NCBI RefSeq assembly: GCF_006345805.1 | Contig: NC_043012.1 | Location: forward strand, 7,688,001 to 7,752,000 | Direction of reading: 5' to 3' | Length of the DNA: 64,000 bases | From: Octopus sinensis | Taxonomy: Eukaryota | In this document: positions 12,501 to 24,800 of the stretch, one piece after another | Numbering within the stretch: the first letter of the stretch is position 1 | Layout of the letters: each line of letters begins with the position of its first letter | Notes under the pieces: generated by a model | Told to the model about the DNA's origin: nothing | What the model saw: only the letters and a program-made list of their open reading frames with translations | Databases searched by the model: none | Made by a program: the position numbers and the translations under genes

Positions 12501-13995
12501 ATATATCTCTCCAGTGTGTGGAGAGATGAGACAGGGCTAATAAAATCGGAATGCAACTGGACAAATGACCACATGGAAGCTTCCTCACTCTCTGTCTTGT
12601 AGGGCTGACAAATTAGAGAGTGAGGTCACTACTTTTAAAATTTGTGTTTCCATCCTTGATTACATAACTATTTCAAAGGGGTCGTCTAAACTACAGCAAT
12701 GTGCTTCGAGGTACACCAGTGAAGTAGCATTTATGTCGTCAAACAGTTTACTAGAAATAGCAGCCAAATCTCCCTTCTCGTATTCCACCATCTAAAACTG
12801 GGAAGGATATATTGGATAATACACTGAATGCACACAGTCTGGAAGTAATATAGTGGTCTGGGGCTGGCTCACTGGTCTTAGATTTATAGGTCTGCTATTC
12901 CTGGACTCACCTGGGGTTAAACAATAGCAGCCACTACTTTAATCTTGTGTGGTTTGTCTAAAAGGTTTGGTACAGTGTTGTTAGTCCAGTGATAAGTGTA
13001 AGCACAAACACACCATTATTTACCAATCAGACATGCAGGAATTGTTGCTTCCAGCCAACCACTTGATGCCAAACTGTCTATGGCCTGTACTCTTGCTCTC
13101 TCTGGCATCAAACCAAAAGATTCTGTTTATCTTGTTTGTTCTCTCTCTTTCTCACCCAAATATGCACTTTCTTCAAAAACCCATCTTCCTCCTTCTCTCT
13201 TCCCTCTTCTCTCCCCCACTTTCTCCCTCTCTTCCCCCCCTCTCTCTCTCCCAAGCATCTTTCATTTGCACACACTCTTGCTCAGTTATGTGTATTCTTC
13301 GTGCATATGCGCATGCTTATATGTAAATGTGTTTATATATGTGTCTATGTATGTATGTATGTATGTGTGTGTATGAGAGAGAGAGAGAGATGGGAGGACA
13401 TAAAATATGCAAGCATGCATTCATGTACACATACATACATATGCATATGTGCAGATATGCTTCCACACACAGAAGCACAAAGGTGTCTACATTCAGATAT
13501 ATGAAAATATACGCAACACATATATACTTAGGCTGACACCCACACACAAACACATAGTCAATGCACTGGAATTTGTCTACACCTGCCTGCTAATTGGAAC
13601 CAGGTAAAGTATGCAGGAAGTTGAGAGATGCTCATTGTGAAAGACTGTGCCATGGAAATTAAGCTCACGTTAAACATCTGACTGTAATCCGCTCTTTGTC
13701 TATGTGCTGCTAATTAGTTATATGTTGCTGTCATACTTAGAGTTTCTCTAATAAATGAATAGTTGTTTGTGTGCATATGTGTGTGTGTGTGTGTGTGGTG
13801 CACGAGCTAGGTTGGGAGTGGGGGTTTGAACCAATGATATACCATAAATATATATATATATAAGTAATTTACAAAATAAGGGCAAAAGAAAAATTCTAGT
13901 GCCAAATATGCCAAAAAAAAAGACAAAATTGTCAATAACCATTATAATTTATGCGTCTCGAAACAAACTGATAGAAATTTCTAAAAAATCCGTTA

Positions 13996-14055
13996 TTACC
14001 GTATTGGTCCAATTTCAGGGTTAATTCATAAGAATTTTCCCCTCTTCAGCGATAA
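13996..14055 (-). ncRNA. Type-I hammerhead ribozyme, near-canonical
   Basis: Minus strand: UUAUCG-CUGAAGA-GGGG-AA-AAUUC-UUAU-GAAUU-AA-CCCU-GAA-AUUGG-A-CCAAU-A-CGGUAA. Stem I is 6 bp (one U.G), stem III is a 5-bp palindrome with a 1-nt centre, triplet AUA. Confidence 0.8.
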
Positions 14056-14379
14056 ATACGTGAGATATAAGTGAAATACTTACTCATACCCATATTTTTT
14101 GATATGCTGGCCATTGATAAAATTTTTTTTTCTTGAAAAAAAAAATTTATCCTACATTAGTTATATATATATATATATATATATTCACACACACATATTG
14201 AGGAAAGGTCGAGGGGAATAATTACAAGGTAGCTAAATGTTGCTTAAGTGTCCCAGGAAACAATGGTCACACTTGTGTGGGATTTGATTCTGGGGAGAAG
14301 CGAGATATATTTAGGAGAAACTAGGAGAAATTTTAAATAGAGACAAACTCTCAAGATGTCATTAAATCATATCTTCATA

Positions 14380-14470
14380 TCATCGACATGTTTCAATGGA
14401 TGCATTCAAAATACATCCAACAGGATGAATGATGATGAGTTCAGCAAATCTCTTGCATCAATCTCATCAG
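14380..14470 (-). ncRNA. Decayed or rearranged hammerhead motif
   Basis: GAA-ACAUGU-C-GAUGA 3' half (14380-14394) with stem II UGGAUGUA/UGCAUCCA and stem I UCAUC/GAUGA, but the adjacent core reads CUGUU. A second intact CUGAUGA lies at 14464-14470. Confidence 0.55.
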
Positions 14471-14592
14471 GTAAGATATATATATATATATATATATATA
14501 TAGGGAGAGTTTACGAAAAAAACAAAAGACGATGACAGGTGGTGTACAAAACAAACAAATGTATTAGTATAATGCTCAGGAATAGAAAAAGT

Positions 14593-14628
14593 CTTTTACG
14601 TTTCGAACCTAGGCTCTTCTACAGAAAG
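14593..14628 (-). ncRNA. Minimal hammerhead-like motif with variant core (CUGUAGA)
   Basis: Minus strand: CUUU-CUGUAGA-A-GAGC-CUAG-GUUC-GAA-ACGU-A-AAAG. All three stems pair; A6 is replaced by U. Confidence 0.6.
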
Positions 14629-17360
14629 GGACACAGAAAAAACAAGGAGAGAAACATATATATATATATACATACATAGCCAAGGTACTGCACATTGGGA
14701 CTAAACCCGGAACCATGTTGTTGGGAACCAAACTTCTCACCTTGTAGCCACAAAGAATATGTGTGTATAAATATACATTTGCAAACAGAAAAGCCTTTAT
14801 TGAAGTATCACTCAATGAATTTCGATAAAGCATCAGTTTAGTCTCATAAGGGAAAAGGTCAGTTACCTCAGAGTATCACTAGTATTGGCTGATATTGTCA
14901 GTTTGGCAAAAGTCAATTTCATGCCTTCATTTACACATGCACACATGTAAAATGAGACAAAACAACAGCCAAGTACATTGGTAAATATCATGAAAGCGGG
15001 TTTTCTATTCAGTATTATTCTGAATCTTTCTGAGTTTAGAAAACGGAAAATGAATATACCAACAAAGATCTAATAGATGAAACAAAAGAAGTATTAAGGA
15101 GATCCAACCATAGAAATCAATGCCGAAGCAGGCGGTGGAGTTTGGTCCAGTTCTGTTAGAGCAGTTATTGAAACGGACATTAAATGGTTATGATGATGAT
15201 GATATATACATTTACACATGAATATGGAAATACGAGAATGCATTTAAGAGTGAAGAGATATTATTTCACTAAACATCTGTTATATATTACATTACTGGTG
15301 GTTAAATTGTTGTTAAATTCTAGTTTGACTCTTTGATTCAGTTGCTCTATGTTCAAAGTTATTCAACCGTCATCATCTCAACTCTTTATTTTCAGAACTA
15401 TATTGTCCAGTCTGTCCCTCCTTGTTTAACCTTTTAGCATTTATACTGGCCATATCCAGCCCTGATATATCATATGCTTTATGTTCAAACTGACCAGATC
15501 TGGCCTTTCACACCTACACTTTCAGATCAGTGGAGTATTGTGTTCTTGAGCAGAACACTTCATTTCATGTTGCTCCAAGCCACTCAGCTGTAAAAAGGTA
15601 ACCCTATAATGGGCTAACATTCCATTCAGGTGGAATATTAGCCTGCCCACTCAGCCAATAGGATGGCATCATACGAAAGCTATAACAATGCAATGCTAGG
15701 TCCAGTGGTGTATGACATCTGATAGTCTGATTGATGCAGTGGTATGTATATCATTTAATGTACACAATATTTAAAATAAGAGCTACTGATAGTTTCTTGC
15801 CATAGTGTCACTGAGGTTAGGCAGGTTTATATAACACACTTTGTATCTCCAAGTAATCTTCTGGCTCAGGGCACATGGAAGAATGCTTGGAGACAGAAGG
15901 GACATTATATAACCCTACTTTATTTCATTGCTTCTATGGCAAAAAACTTAGTAGCTCATATCTTTATATTGTATACATTAAGTGATATTCATCTCTCACT
16001 GGATGGAATACTCATTTTGTTGATCCTACCTTAACAGGACAGTAAACTCTATCTATTTGTTTGTCTGTCAGTCTACACACACACACACACAGAGCCTGAC
16101 CTAGCTCTTCATTGGTTACAATGATGAATGTTCCAGTTGATCCAATCAACAGAACAGCCTGCTCATGAAACAGTGTTTGTGGCTGAGCACTCCACAGACA
16201 CATGTACCCTTCATATAGTTCTTAGCAAGATTCAGCATGACACAGAACATAAGATTGGCCCTTTGAAATACAGGCACAACTCGTTTTTGCCAGCTGGTTG
16301 GACTGGAGCAATAAGAAATAAAGTGTCTTGTTCAAGGACACATGTCACCAGGAATCAAACCCACAGCCTTACAACTATGAGCTGAATCCCCCTAACCACT
16401 GAGCCACACGCCTTCCACATATGTATATATAGACATACTTTGGCTTAAGTTGTTTCAATTTAAGTCATTTTCAATAATTTATCAGTTTCCAAAAATAATT
16501 TATAGAAAAATAAAAATCAAGTTAAGTCATTTTATTTGACTTTACATCTGTCTGCCACAAAATATTGGAATCGTAAAATTACTAGGAAACTGTTAAAAGC
16601 GCATAAAATCATGTTACTGTACAATAAATAAGAATAAAAGCATATAAAATCATATTAAAATACATTCAGTAAATGTTAAAATACACACCATAGTGTAGCT
16701 TAGTGAACACATCGAGCAACAAAAACAACCTGAGTCAGCTGTTGATGTTGACGATCTACAGCGCCATCTACATCCACGATGTAAACCACGAAATTGTATG
16801 TACAGTTTGGTAAATTTAAAATTAGTTTTTTTTGTTTTTTTTAACTGTTGCAAAATAGTAATTACTGAATTTATTTTTTAAGCTTACACAAAGGCTTTTA
16901 TTTTACCATGTCTTATTGCAAACCGCATTCATAAATAAAGCATCCACAATGTATGGTAAACACTGCCAAATTGCATTTGTAAATTTAGACTTCTTTTTTT
17001 TTTTTACTGTACTGTATTAAAAAATAGAAATTATTAGTTTATAAGCTAAAAATAGGTTTTTATTAACCATTTATTATTGAAAATGCATTCATAAATAAAG
17101 TACAGAACTGGGAATGCTGATTATCGGTTTCGCCTAGAGACAAGTAAATTTGGCCTAGCCTACAGACAAATTAATTCAACTTAAGTGGTGTCTCCTGGAA
17201 CTAATTAATGACATAGGATGAGCTATCCCTGTATATATATATTGTTATATTTCGGAATGGTCATATTGCCAGTTTAGCCAATAAAAACACACGCACTATA
17301 TATTTGGTGTTATTTTGCTTCAGTGTTATTTATTTTTTACATTAATCTTAATCTTATTTC

Positions 17361-17405
17361 AGCCAGAGTTCTTTCATCACACTCCTGTGACCTCATCAGT
17401 GGTCC
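17361..17405 (-). ncRNA. Minimal hammerhead ribozyme, slightly decayed
   Basis: Minus strand: GGACCA-CUGAUGA-G-GUCACA-GGAG-UGUGAU-GAA-AGAACU-C-UGGCU. Core intact; stem III is one change from the palindrome AGUACU; stem I is CCA/UGG. Confidence 0.6.
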
Positions 17406-18248
17406 TTTGTTTTCTTCTTACTTATTTGTGTCTCTCCTTACTAACCGTCAGCCATTTTGTATTTCTATTCTATATATATATATATATATAAAATCGTATA
17501 TCCAAATCTGGCCTAATGCGTTTTTTTCAATATTTATTTTTGTTTGCAATAGCCGGTTCTTTTGGTCAAACTATCGTATCTCCAGCTGCTTCAGCCACCC
17601 AGGTATCGAAAATTGTCAAAGTGTAATACAATGGTTATGGAATGATGAAACTATATTTTCCTTTTTTTTTTCAAAAAAAAAAAAGCCAACATTTTGAACT
17701 CACGACACTTTTGCAAAATAGGAACAAATATATATATATATATATTATTCTTGTTTCAGTCATTTGACTGCAGCCATACTGGCGCACTGCCTTTAATCGA
17801 ACAAATCGACCCCAGTACTTATTCTTTTTAATCATAGTACTAATTTCATAGGTCTCTTTAGCTGAACTGCTAAGTTATGGGGACGTAAACACACCAACAC
17901 CAGTTGTCAAGCGATGGTGGGGAGACAAACACAGACAACACAAATACATACATATGTAAGGGAATTTTTAATGGAAACAATACTCTGTATATAGTGTAAC
18001 TGTTTTTTTTTTGTGCTCACTAATGAGGTAAGGAGTAATACAAATTTTTGGACCTTTTGGACCAAATTTTTTTGTAGAAGATAAAAATTTCATTTGTCAG
18101 TACTTTACATCCGAAAGCGAAATTGTACTTACAGTGATTCATAAGACTTGGATGGGATACAGGATTATATTAAAAATTCAAATAATAATTATTTTTATTT
18201 ATATATATTTTTTATACCTTATTATTTTTATTATATATATATATATAT

Positions 18249-18653
18249 ACTCTTTTACTCTTTTCTCTTTTACTTGTTTCAGTCATTTGACTGCGGCCAT
18301 GCTGGAGCACCGCCTTTAGTCGAGCAACTCGACCCCAGGACTTATTCTTTTGTAAGCCCAGTACTTATTCTATCGGTCTCTTTTGCAGAACCGCTAAGTA
18401 ACGGGGACATAAACACACCAGCATCGGTTGTCAAGCAATGCTAGGGGACAAACACAGACACACAAATACACACTCACATACATATATATACATATATACG
18501 ACGGGCTTCTTTCAGTTTCCGTCTACCAAATCCACTCACAAGGCTTTGGTCGGCCCGAGGCTATAGTAGAAGACACTTGCCCAAGGTGCCACGCAGTGGG
18601 ACTGAACCCGCAACCATGTGGTTGGTAGACAAGCTACTTACCACATAGCCATT
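18249..18653 (-). mobile_element. tRNA-derived SINE, family A, full length
   Basis: Reverse complement of the 739-1147 family. Confidence 0.9.
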
Positions 18654-18919
18654 TTTTTTTCTTATGTTTAATTATTTGAATTTCTAATCTAAACATGTAT
18701 CTCATCCAAGTCTTATAAATCACTGTAAGCATGATTTTATTTTTGGATGTAAAGTACTAACAACTGAAATTTTTATCTTCTACAAAAATATTATCTATAT
18801 ATATATATAATGGCCTTCTGTCAGTTTTTGTCTAACAAATCCATTCACAAGGCTTTGGTCAGTCTGAGGCTATGGTAGAAGACACTTGCCCAAGGTGCCA
18901 CACAACCACTCCTGTGCCT

Positions 18920-19819
18920 ATACCCAATGACTGGTGTAGCAGCACCATAGTCAACTACTACAAAGGTAAAGGTGATGCATTAGATACGAATAATTACAGA
19001 GGTATCAAGTTGTTGGATCAGGTAATGAAAGTTACAGAGAGAATTAGCTTAAATGAGATGCAGTTTGGGTTTGTGCCAGGGGAAAGTACCACTGATGCTA
19101 TATTTCTGGTAAGATAGCTGCAGGAGAAATACCTAGCCAAAGATAAACCTCTGTACCTGGCTTTCATTGACATGGAGAAAGCCTTTGACAGGGTCCCTTG
19201 ATCCCTTATCTGGTAGTTAATGCAGAAACTACAGAAAAGTGTCACCCCCTAGAAGTAGAGGGAACCTGTGAAAGAGATAGACCCAGGAAGACCTGAGATG
19301 AAGTGGTGAAGCACAACCTTCAAACACTGGGCCTCACGGAGGCAATGACAAGTGACCAAGACCTTTGGAAATATGCTGTACTTGAGAAGACCCAGCAAGT
19401 CAAGTGAGACCGTAACCATGGCCTATGCCAATACAGCATAACCAGTCCATTTAAGAGTACTCTTCAATCATTGTGCAATAAACTGTGCTTATGAAGACCT
19501 ATTGAATCAAGTGAAATCATTGTTATGGCCAATGCCAGTACCGCCTGACTGGCACCCATGCCTGTGGCATGTAAAAAGTACCAATCAAGCGTGGTCGATG
19601 CCACTGCCGCCTGACTGGTTCCATGCCAGTGGCATGTAAAAACACCCACTACACTCTCAGAGTGGTTGGCATTAGGAAGGGCATCCAACTGTAGAAACTT
19701 TGCCAGATCAGATTAGAGCCTGGTGCAGCCTTCTGGCTTGCCAGCCCTCAGTCAAACCGTCCAACCCATGCCAGCATGGAAAGTGGACGCCAAACCACGA
19801 CGACGATGATGATGATGAT
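18920..19819 (+). mobile_element. RTE-clade LINE, 5'-truncated and internally deleted
   Basis: RT motifs IPNDW..STIV..YKGKGDALD.NNYRGIKLL, QFGFVPG.STTDAIF, AFIDMEKAFDRVP (with stops). Joined at ~19232 to the C-terminal GRPRKTWDEVVK-like segment, 3' UTR and (ATG)n tail. Confidence 0.9.
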
Positions 19820-22598
19820 ATATTATATATATTGGATTGACAGAATCAATAAAATACTGGGCAAAATTCCTTATTGTCTTTAGGGACATCACCATTATTG
19901 CATTTGTAGGTTCCAAACCTGCTGAGGTTGACTTTGCTCTTTGGTCTTTCAGGCAGAGTTCATTAAAAAAAAAATAACACCAGTCAAATACTAGGGGCTG
20001 AGACTGTTGGCTAGCTCCCTCTTCTGTCTTCATGCCTATGTTAGTCATAATTAATTGCTATAATAGAAAATCCATCTTTTCATTTGTGCAGCCAATGTTG
20101 TGTTTAGTAATCAGCTCTCTCTCTCTCTGACTCTCTCTCTCTCTGACTCTCTCTCCTTCTTTGACTCGCTCTCTCCCTCTTTGACTCGCTCTCTCAGTAA
20201 ATGTGCACAGAAGCAGAATGACTGGTAGAAAAATATCAATGAGAGATGATGCTGCCGTGTCGCCCCCCCCCCCACTCCCTCCCACACACACATACAGTCT
20301 CCCAAAGCCCCCCTCTCTCTATCTCTCTCTCTCTCTCTCTGTCCACCTCCTTCCTTTCTCCGGCTCCTCGTCATGGCCACCACTACCACCCATTTCTCTC
20401 CATCATCATCACCAAGGTGATGCTATTTAAAGACATACTACTGCAAATAGCTTGTTGCTGCTACCAAACATGAATAACAACAAGAGAGACACCCGGGTTT
20501 ATAAATATAATATAAATGAAACTTTTTTCAAACAAAATCTCATAAATGTTTATGCCAGCCTAGTTGTTGTTGTTTGCTGTTGTTGTTGCTGTTATTGTTT
20601 GTGTGTTGATGTAGTGATACAGTGATGGTGACTGTGATGTTAGACTACTTGTTTGGTGATGGTGCCCGTGGTAGTGGTGATGGTGGTGGTAGAACAGTTG
20701 TGTGATGATGGAGCTGAACTTACTAAATGGCATTGGAACAGTAGTATGGTGGTGGTGGTGGTAGTGGTGTTTAACTCCTGGTCAGTTCTGATCAAGAGCA
20801 GACATGATGAAAAAGCATTCCAACCATGGCTATCCCATCTATCATTCTATTTTTTTTCCAGTTGAAAAGAAAAGATGGTTATCTAAAATCATATCAGTCA
20901 CTCACTCTTTTTTTTTTTCTCTTTGTCGTCTCTAAGGTGTGATTTGAAAGAGATTTGGCTGTTATTTCTAGCAAAATAGGCAACTACTTAGAGGCTCCTG
21001 TATTTGCTTGGGCTCCATCAGTTTTTGTGTTGGTAGTATTGTTGGTGGTGGTGGTGGTGGTAGCATCAATAGTAGTGTGGTGGTGGTAGTGATGATGATG
21101 GTTGACAGTTGTGTAATGATAGTGATAGTGGATCCTCTGGGTAAAAAGCAGTGTCTGCCTATACGCGTCTAATGTGGTGTATGCACCTGTGTGTGTGCAT
21201 CTGTATGTGTGTAACAGAGAGAGAGAGCATGGTGTGTTTGTATAGTTTTATATAGAGGAATATGTATGTATGTTTAATCTGTATTCCTAGGTGGGGAAAG
21301 TAATGTGTCTGTGTTTATATCTGGCATTTATGTGTATATTTGTATATTCTTGATTCTATATAAATATTGCTATAAAATGTTTGTATACAATTTTGCATCT
21401 ATGTAATTGTATATAAGTACAGTGTATGTATTCATTATATAACTATGTGTATGCATATACTGGCATGTGTCAGTGTGTATAAATAAATATACATAGTGTA
21501 TAAAAAGAATTGTTTGTATACCTTAATGCATTATTGTATTCATATGTATATACAATTTATGAATGCATTTTTCATGTCATATACATATATGGTGTGTGTG
21601 TGTCCATACACACACACACACATATTTGAATAGTTGTATGGTTTGTACATAGCAGTATAATTTTTTCCTTATTTGTACACTTGTCTGTGTGGATATGTAT
21701 ATGGGTATGTTTATAGCTCTCTGTATAACTCTGTGTGTGTGTGTGTGTGTGTGGTGTGTGTGTGTGTGGTGTGTGTGTGTGTGCGCGCGCATAGGTGTGA
21801 ATATAAAATGTCTGTGTCTCCATCATTACTGCAGTTTCGTCCCTCACACATGTTATAATCATATTGCTAGTGTCTCTGTCACTTTTCTATTTCAGATATA
21901 AAACTACCGAATCCATTGTATTTGTCCTTCTTAAAAAAAAAAGACTATAGGGTGTCATTCAATTGCATTTGGCTGTTATTTCTAGCAAGTTGAGTGACTG
22001 TGTAGAGGCACCTTCTTCAAACCTCTATACTTGTTATTGCTTAGCCCTAAACCAGTCATAACCAACTCATTGTTTTTCTACACTCACTATCCAATATTTC
22101 CACCCTTTTTCTGAAAGACTTTGGAAGTTGACTTGAGGCAGATTTGGCTGCTATTTTTAACACATTGAGTGGCTGTATGGAGGCTATTTCATTAGTCATG
22201 TATGTTTGTAGCTTCTGTTGGTGACTGAGTTTAGAGTAGTAGTTCTTGGCAGTCTTCAGCTCTGTACCCGCTTCATCGAATGGTACTTTACAAGTGCCTT
22301 CATGTCATGTTTAGAAAGAAGAAAAATATTTTAATCCAACAGGACCTTATTCTGTGCAATGATCTATTTTCCATATTTCCTTATACTACTCCACCTGATA
22401 TGTTTGGATGTTTGCATGAATTTGTGTCCCCTATGTCAAATTGTTCTGAAGATTACAACAGAAAATGAGGACTTATAATAATGAAATCATACTGGACCTT
22501 GTTTTCTTCTTACTGGTAACAGAATGTCCTATTCATATTCTATATCTCGACAAAGTTTCTTTTAAAATGTTATTTAAAATATAAATATTATACTTGGT

Positions 22599-22806
22599 TT
22601 AACCTTTTAGCCTTCAGTTTACGCTGTCAAATGTAATGCTTATTTCTTCACCTCTTGAATTTATCATGCATTATTTCATAGCTTCAAGATTTCAGTAGTG
22701 TGATTGTATATTTTTGGAGTAGGCATCACAGGCCAGATCTGGCCAGTTTGAACATAAAGCATGTAGTTTGGGTTGGATATGACCAGTTTAAACATGAAAG
22801 CATTAA
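22599..22806 (+). mobile_element. piggyBac-type MITE copy, diverged
   Basis: TTAACCTTTTAG start and shared internal GGCCAGATCTGGCCAGTTTGAACATAAA. Confidence 0.6.
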
Positions 22807-23264
22807 ATATTTTATTATAAAAATCATGACCCCTCTGAACACAAATGCACCATGGATGTAGCAAATACCAGCCTTCCTCTCTGAGTTTACAAAGATGTTG
22901 ACATTTGCCCAGCCTTGTTATGTCACAATGCCCCAGAAGGAATGCTACTGCCCAATTTAAGAGCCACAGGTCTGGTCAAGGCTGAGTGAGGAGATAGCAC
23001 TCTCAGGAAGGTGTTATTGTTACTAGTTAGCCCTGACTCAGCACAACTATCATCAGTGTTAATCCAATTATGACCATCCCAATTTTTTTAATTTCATCAG
23101 TGTATATCTAAGACATCTAATGTGTCTTGTCCTTTTTCTAAGTCGACAGGCTGCATTTTGAGGAAGCTATAGCTGTTATTTGTAGCATCACATAGACTCC
23201 CATTTTGCTTGATGGGTAGTGCAGTGGTGTTCTTAGTATGCTAACTAAACATATATTGTGGACA

Positions 23265-23489
23265 AGGCGGCGAGCTGGCAGAAACGTTAGCACGCTGGGC
23301 GAAATGTGTAGCTGTATTTCGTCTGCCGTTACGTTCTGATTCCGCCGAGGTCGACTTTGCCTTTCATCCTTTCGGGGTCGATAAATTAAGTACCAGTTAC
23401 GCACTGGGGTCAATATAATCGACTTAATCCGTTTGTCTGTCCTTATTTGTCCCCTCTGTGTGTAGCCCCTTGTGGGTAGTAAAGAAATA
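23265..23489 (+). mobile_element. tRNA-like SINE, family B
   Basis: GGCGAGCTGGCAGAA head, GTCGACTTTGCCTTTCATCCTTTCGGGGTCGATAAA body. Young copies also at 37660-37885 (-), 47954-48184 (-) and 52402-52630 (+); older ones at ~430-540, 34655-34860, 39150-39370 and 51570-51740. Confidence 0.85.
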
Positions 23490-24698
23490 TATATATTATG
23501 GACAGGGTTAGAGGGCGGGGTAGGGGTAAATAAACATGAAACAAATACCCAAGTGTTGTGGTCAATATGATTGACTGAAAGAAAACCTTTCAAGTGGGTG
23601 CTTCAGCATGGCTTTGGTGCAGAGACTGAAACCAGTTAAAGAACAAAATAAGACATGTATGCACATGTCTGTGTGTGTGTTCAGGCATGAAGAGATAAAT
23701 CCAGCAATGAACTGCTATATCTCTTCTCTTTATGCATCATCGTCATCATCATTTAATGTCCATGTTCCATGGGTTGTACAGTTTGACAAGATTCAACAAG
23801 TCTGAAGACTGCATTGTCTTCTATTTTGGCATGGTTTCTACAACTAGACACCCTTCTTAATACTAAACACTGTACAGTGTGCAATTTTTGTGCCACCAGC
23901 ACTAGTGAAGTCCCCATGCAGCTAGCAAGACAACAAATCTTGAGAGAGGTAGCTTTATGCTTTGGGGATTATGGGGTTAGAGCATTGTTTCTCAACCATT
24001 TTTTTTTTCCACCTATGGACCCCTTTGATTACTATTTTGTTTTGGTGGACCCCCATGCCCATTTGATACATAATTACTAGTTTTATCGATAATTCTTTCA
24101 AAATTCCTATTTTGCTTATCACACATTGCTTTGTGTATGCTGAACTATGTAAAAGATTTGAGAAAGAAACCTAGTTGTTTCTTGTAATAAATACATCTGG
24201 AGCAACATGTTTTTCATGGACCCTTAAAATACTACTGTGGATCTTCAATCTATTTTGCTTTTGTGAACCCCAGGGGGTCAGCGCAGAACATGTTTCCTGC
24301 TGTAGAGAGGCTACAAGGCTTCTCACATTTTAGTGGGGAGAGAGAGAAAGAGAGGGGGGAGTGAGGACAATTGGGGAGGAGGAGTAGGGAAGAGATTAAA
24401 AATAATGGTGATGGCATGTCTGTCAGGACCCCTCAAGGTTCAAGGTAAGTAGGAGTGAATGTGGAGCAGAACTGGGAGTGTGGATGTGTGGTTAAGAAGT
24501 TTGCTTCCCAACTATGAGGTTTTGGTTCAGAGAAGAGTTGTCCATCTGTGGAAGTATATCACTTTGCTTAGAAACGAGTGAGTGTTGGCAAAGGGAAAGT
24601 TGTAGATGCACGTTTGATGCACGTAAGCACGGAAAAGTGGTTGTTAAAACAATCTTATATATAATTTAAATGAGGAAAGGAGAAACTCAAATTTATGT

Positions 24699-24800
24699 TA
24701 TGAGCGTTTCAGTAAACAAACACTTTTTATTCCATGCCATACATACACAATATATGTAACATGTGCAATAAAATAATCATTCATTCACATCTTCAGACAT
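24699..24800 (-). ncRNA. Decayed hammerhead motif with long loop II
   Basis: CUGAAGA at 24790-24796, stem II GUGAAUGAAUG/UGUUUGUUUAC (many wobble pairs), GAA-ACGCU-C. Stem III is one base short of ACGCGU; stem I is only 3 bp. Confidence 0.45.

Noticed and set aside
12042-12574. Many overlapping 60-190-aa ORFs rich in Y/I/C/V/H/T (also 25630-26209, 26771-27467, 33185-33619, 53367-53977)
   Set aside because: Translations of dinucleotide microsatellites that lack stop codons; no coding signal.
17110-17170. GAAACCGATAATCA on the minus strand (similar motif at ~8525-8540)
   Set aside because: Possible relic 3' halves, but no recognisable core or stem I; too degenerate to call.
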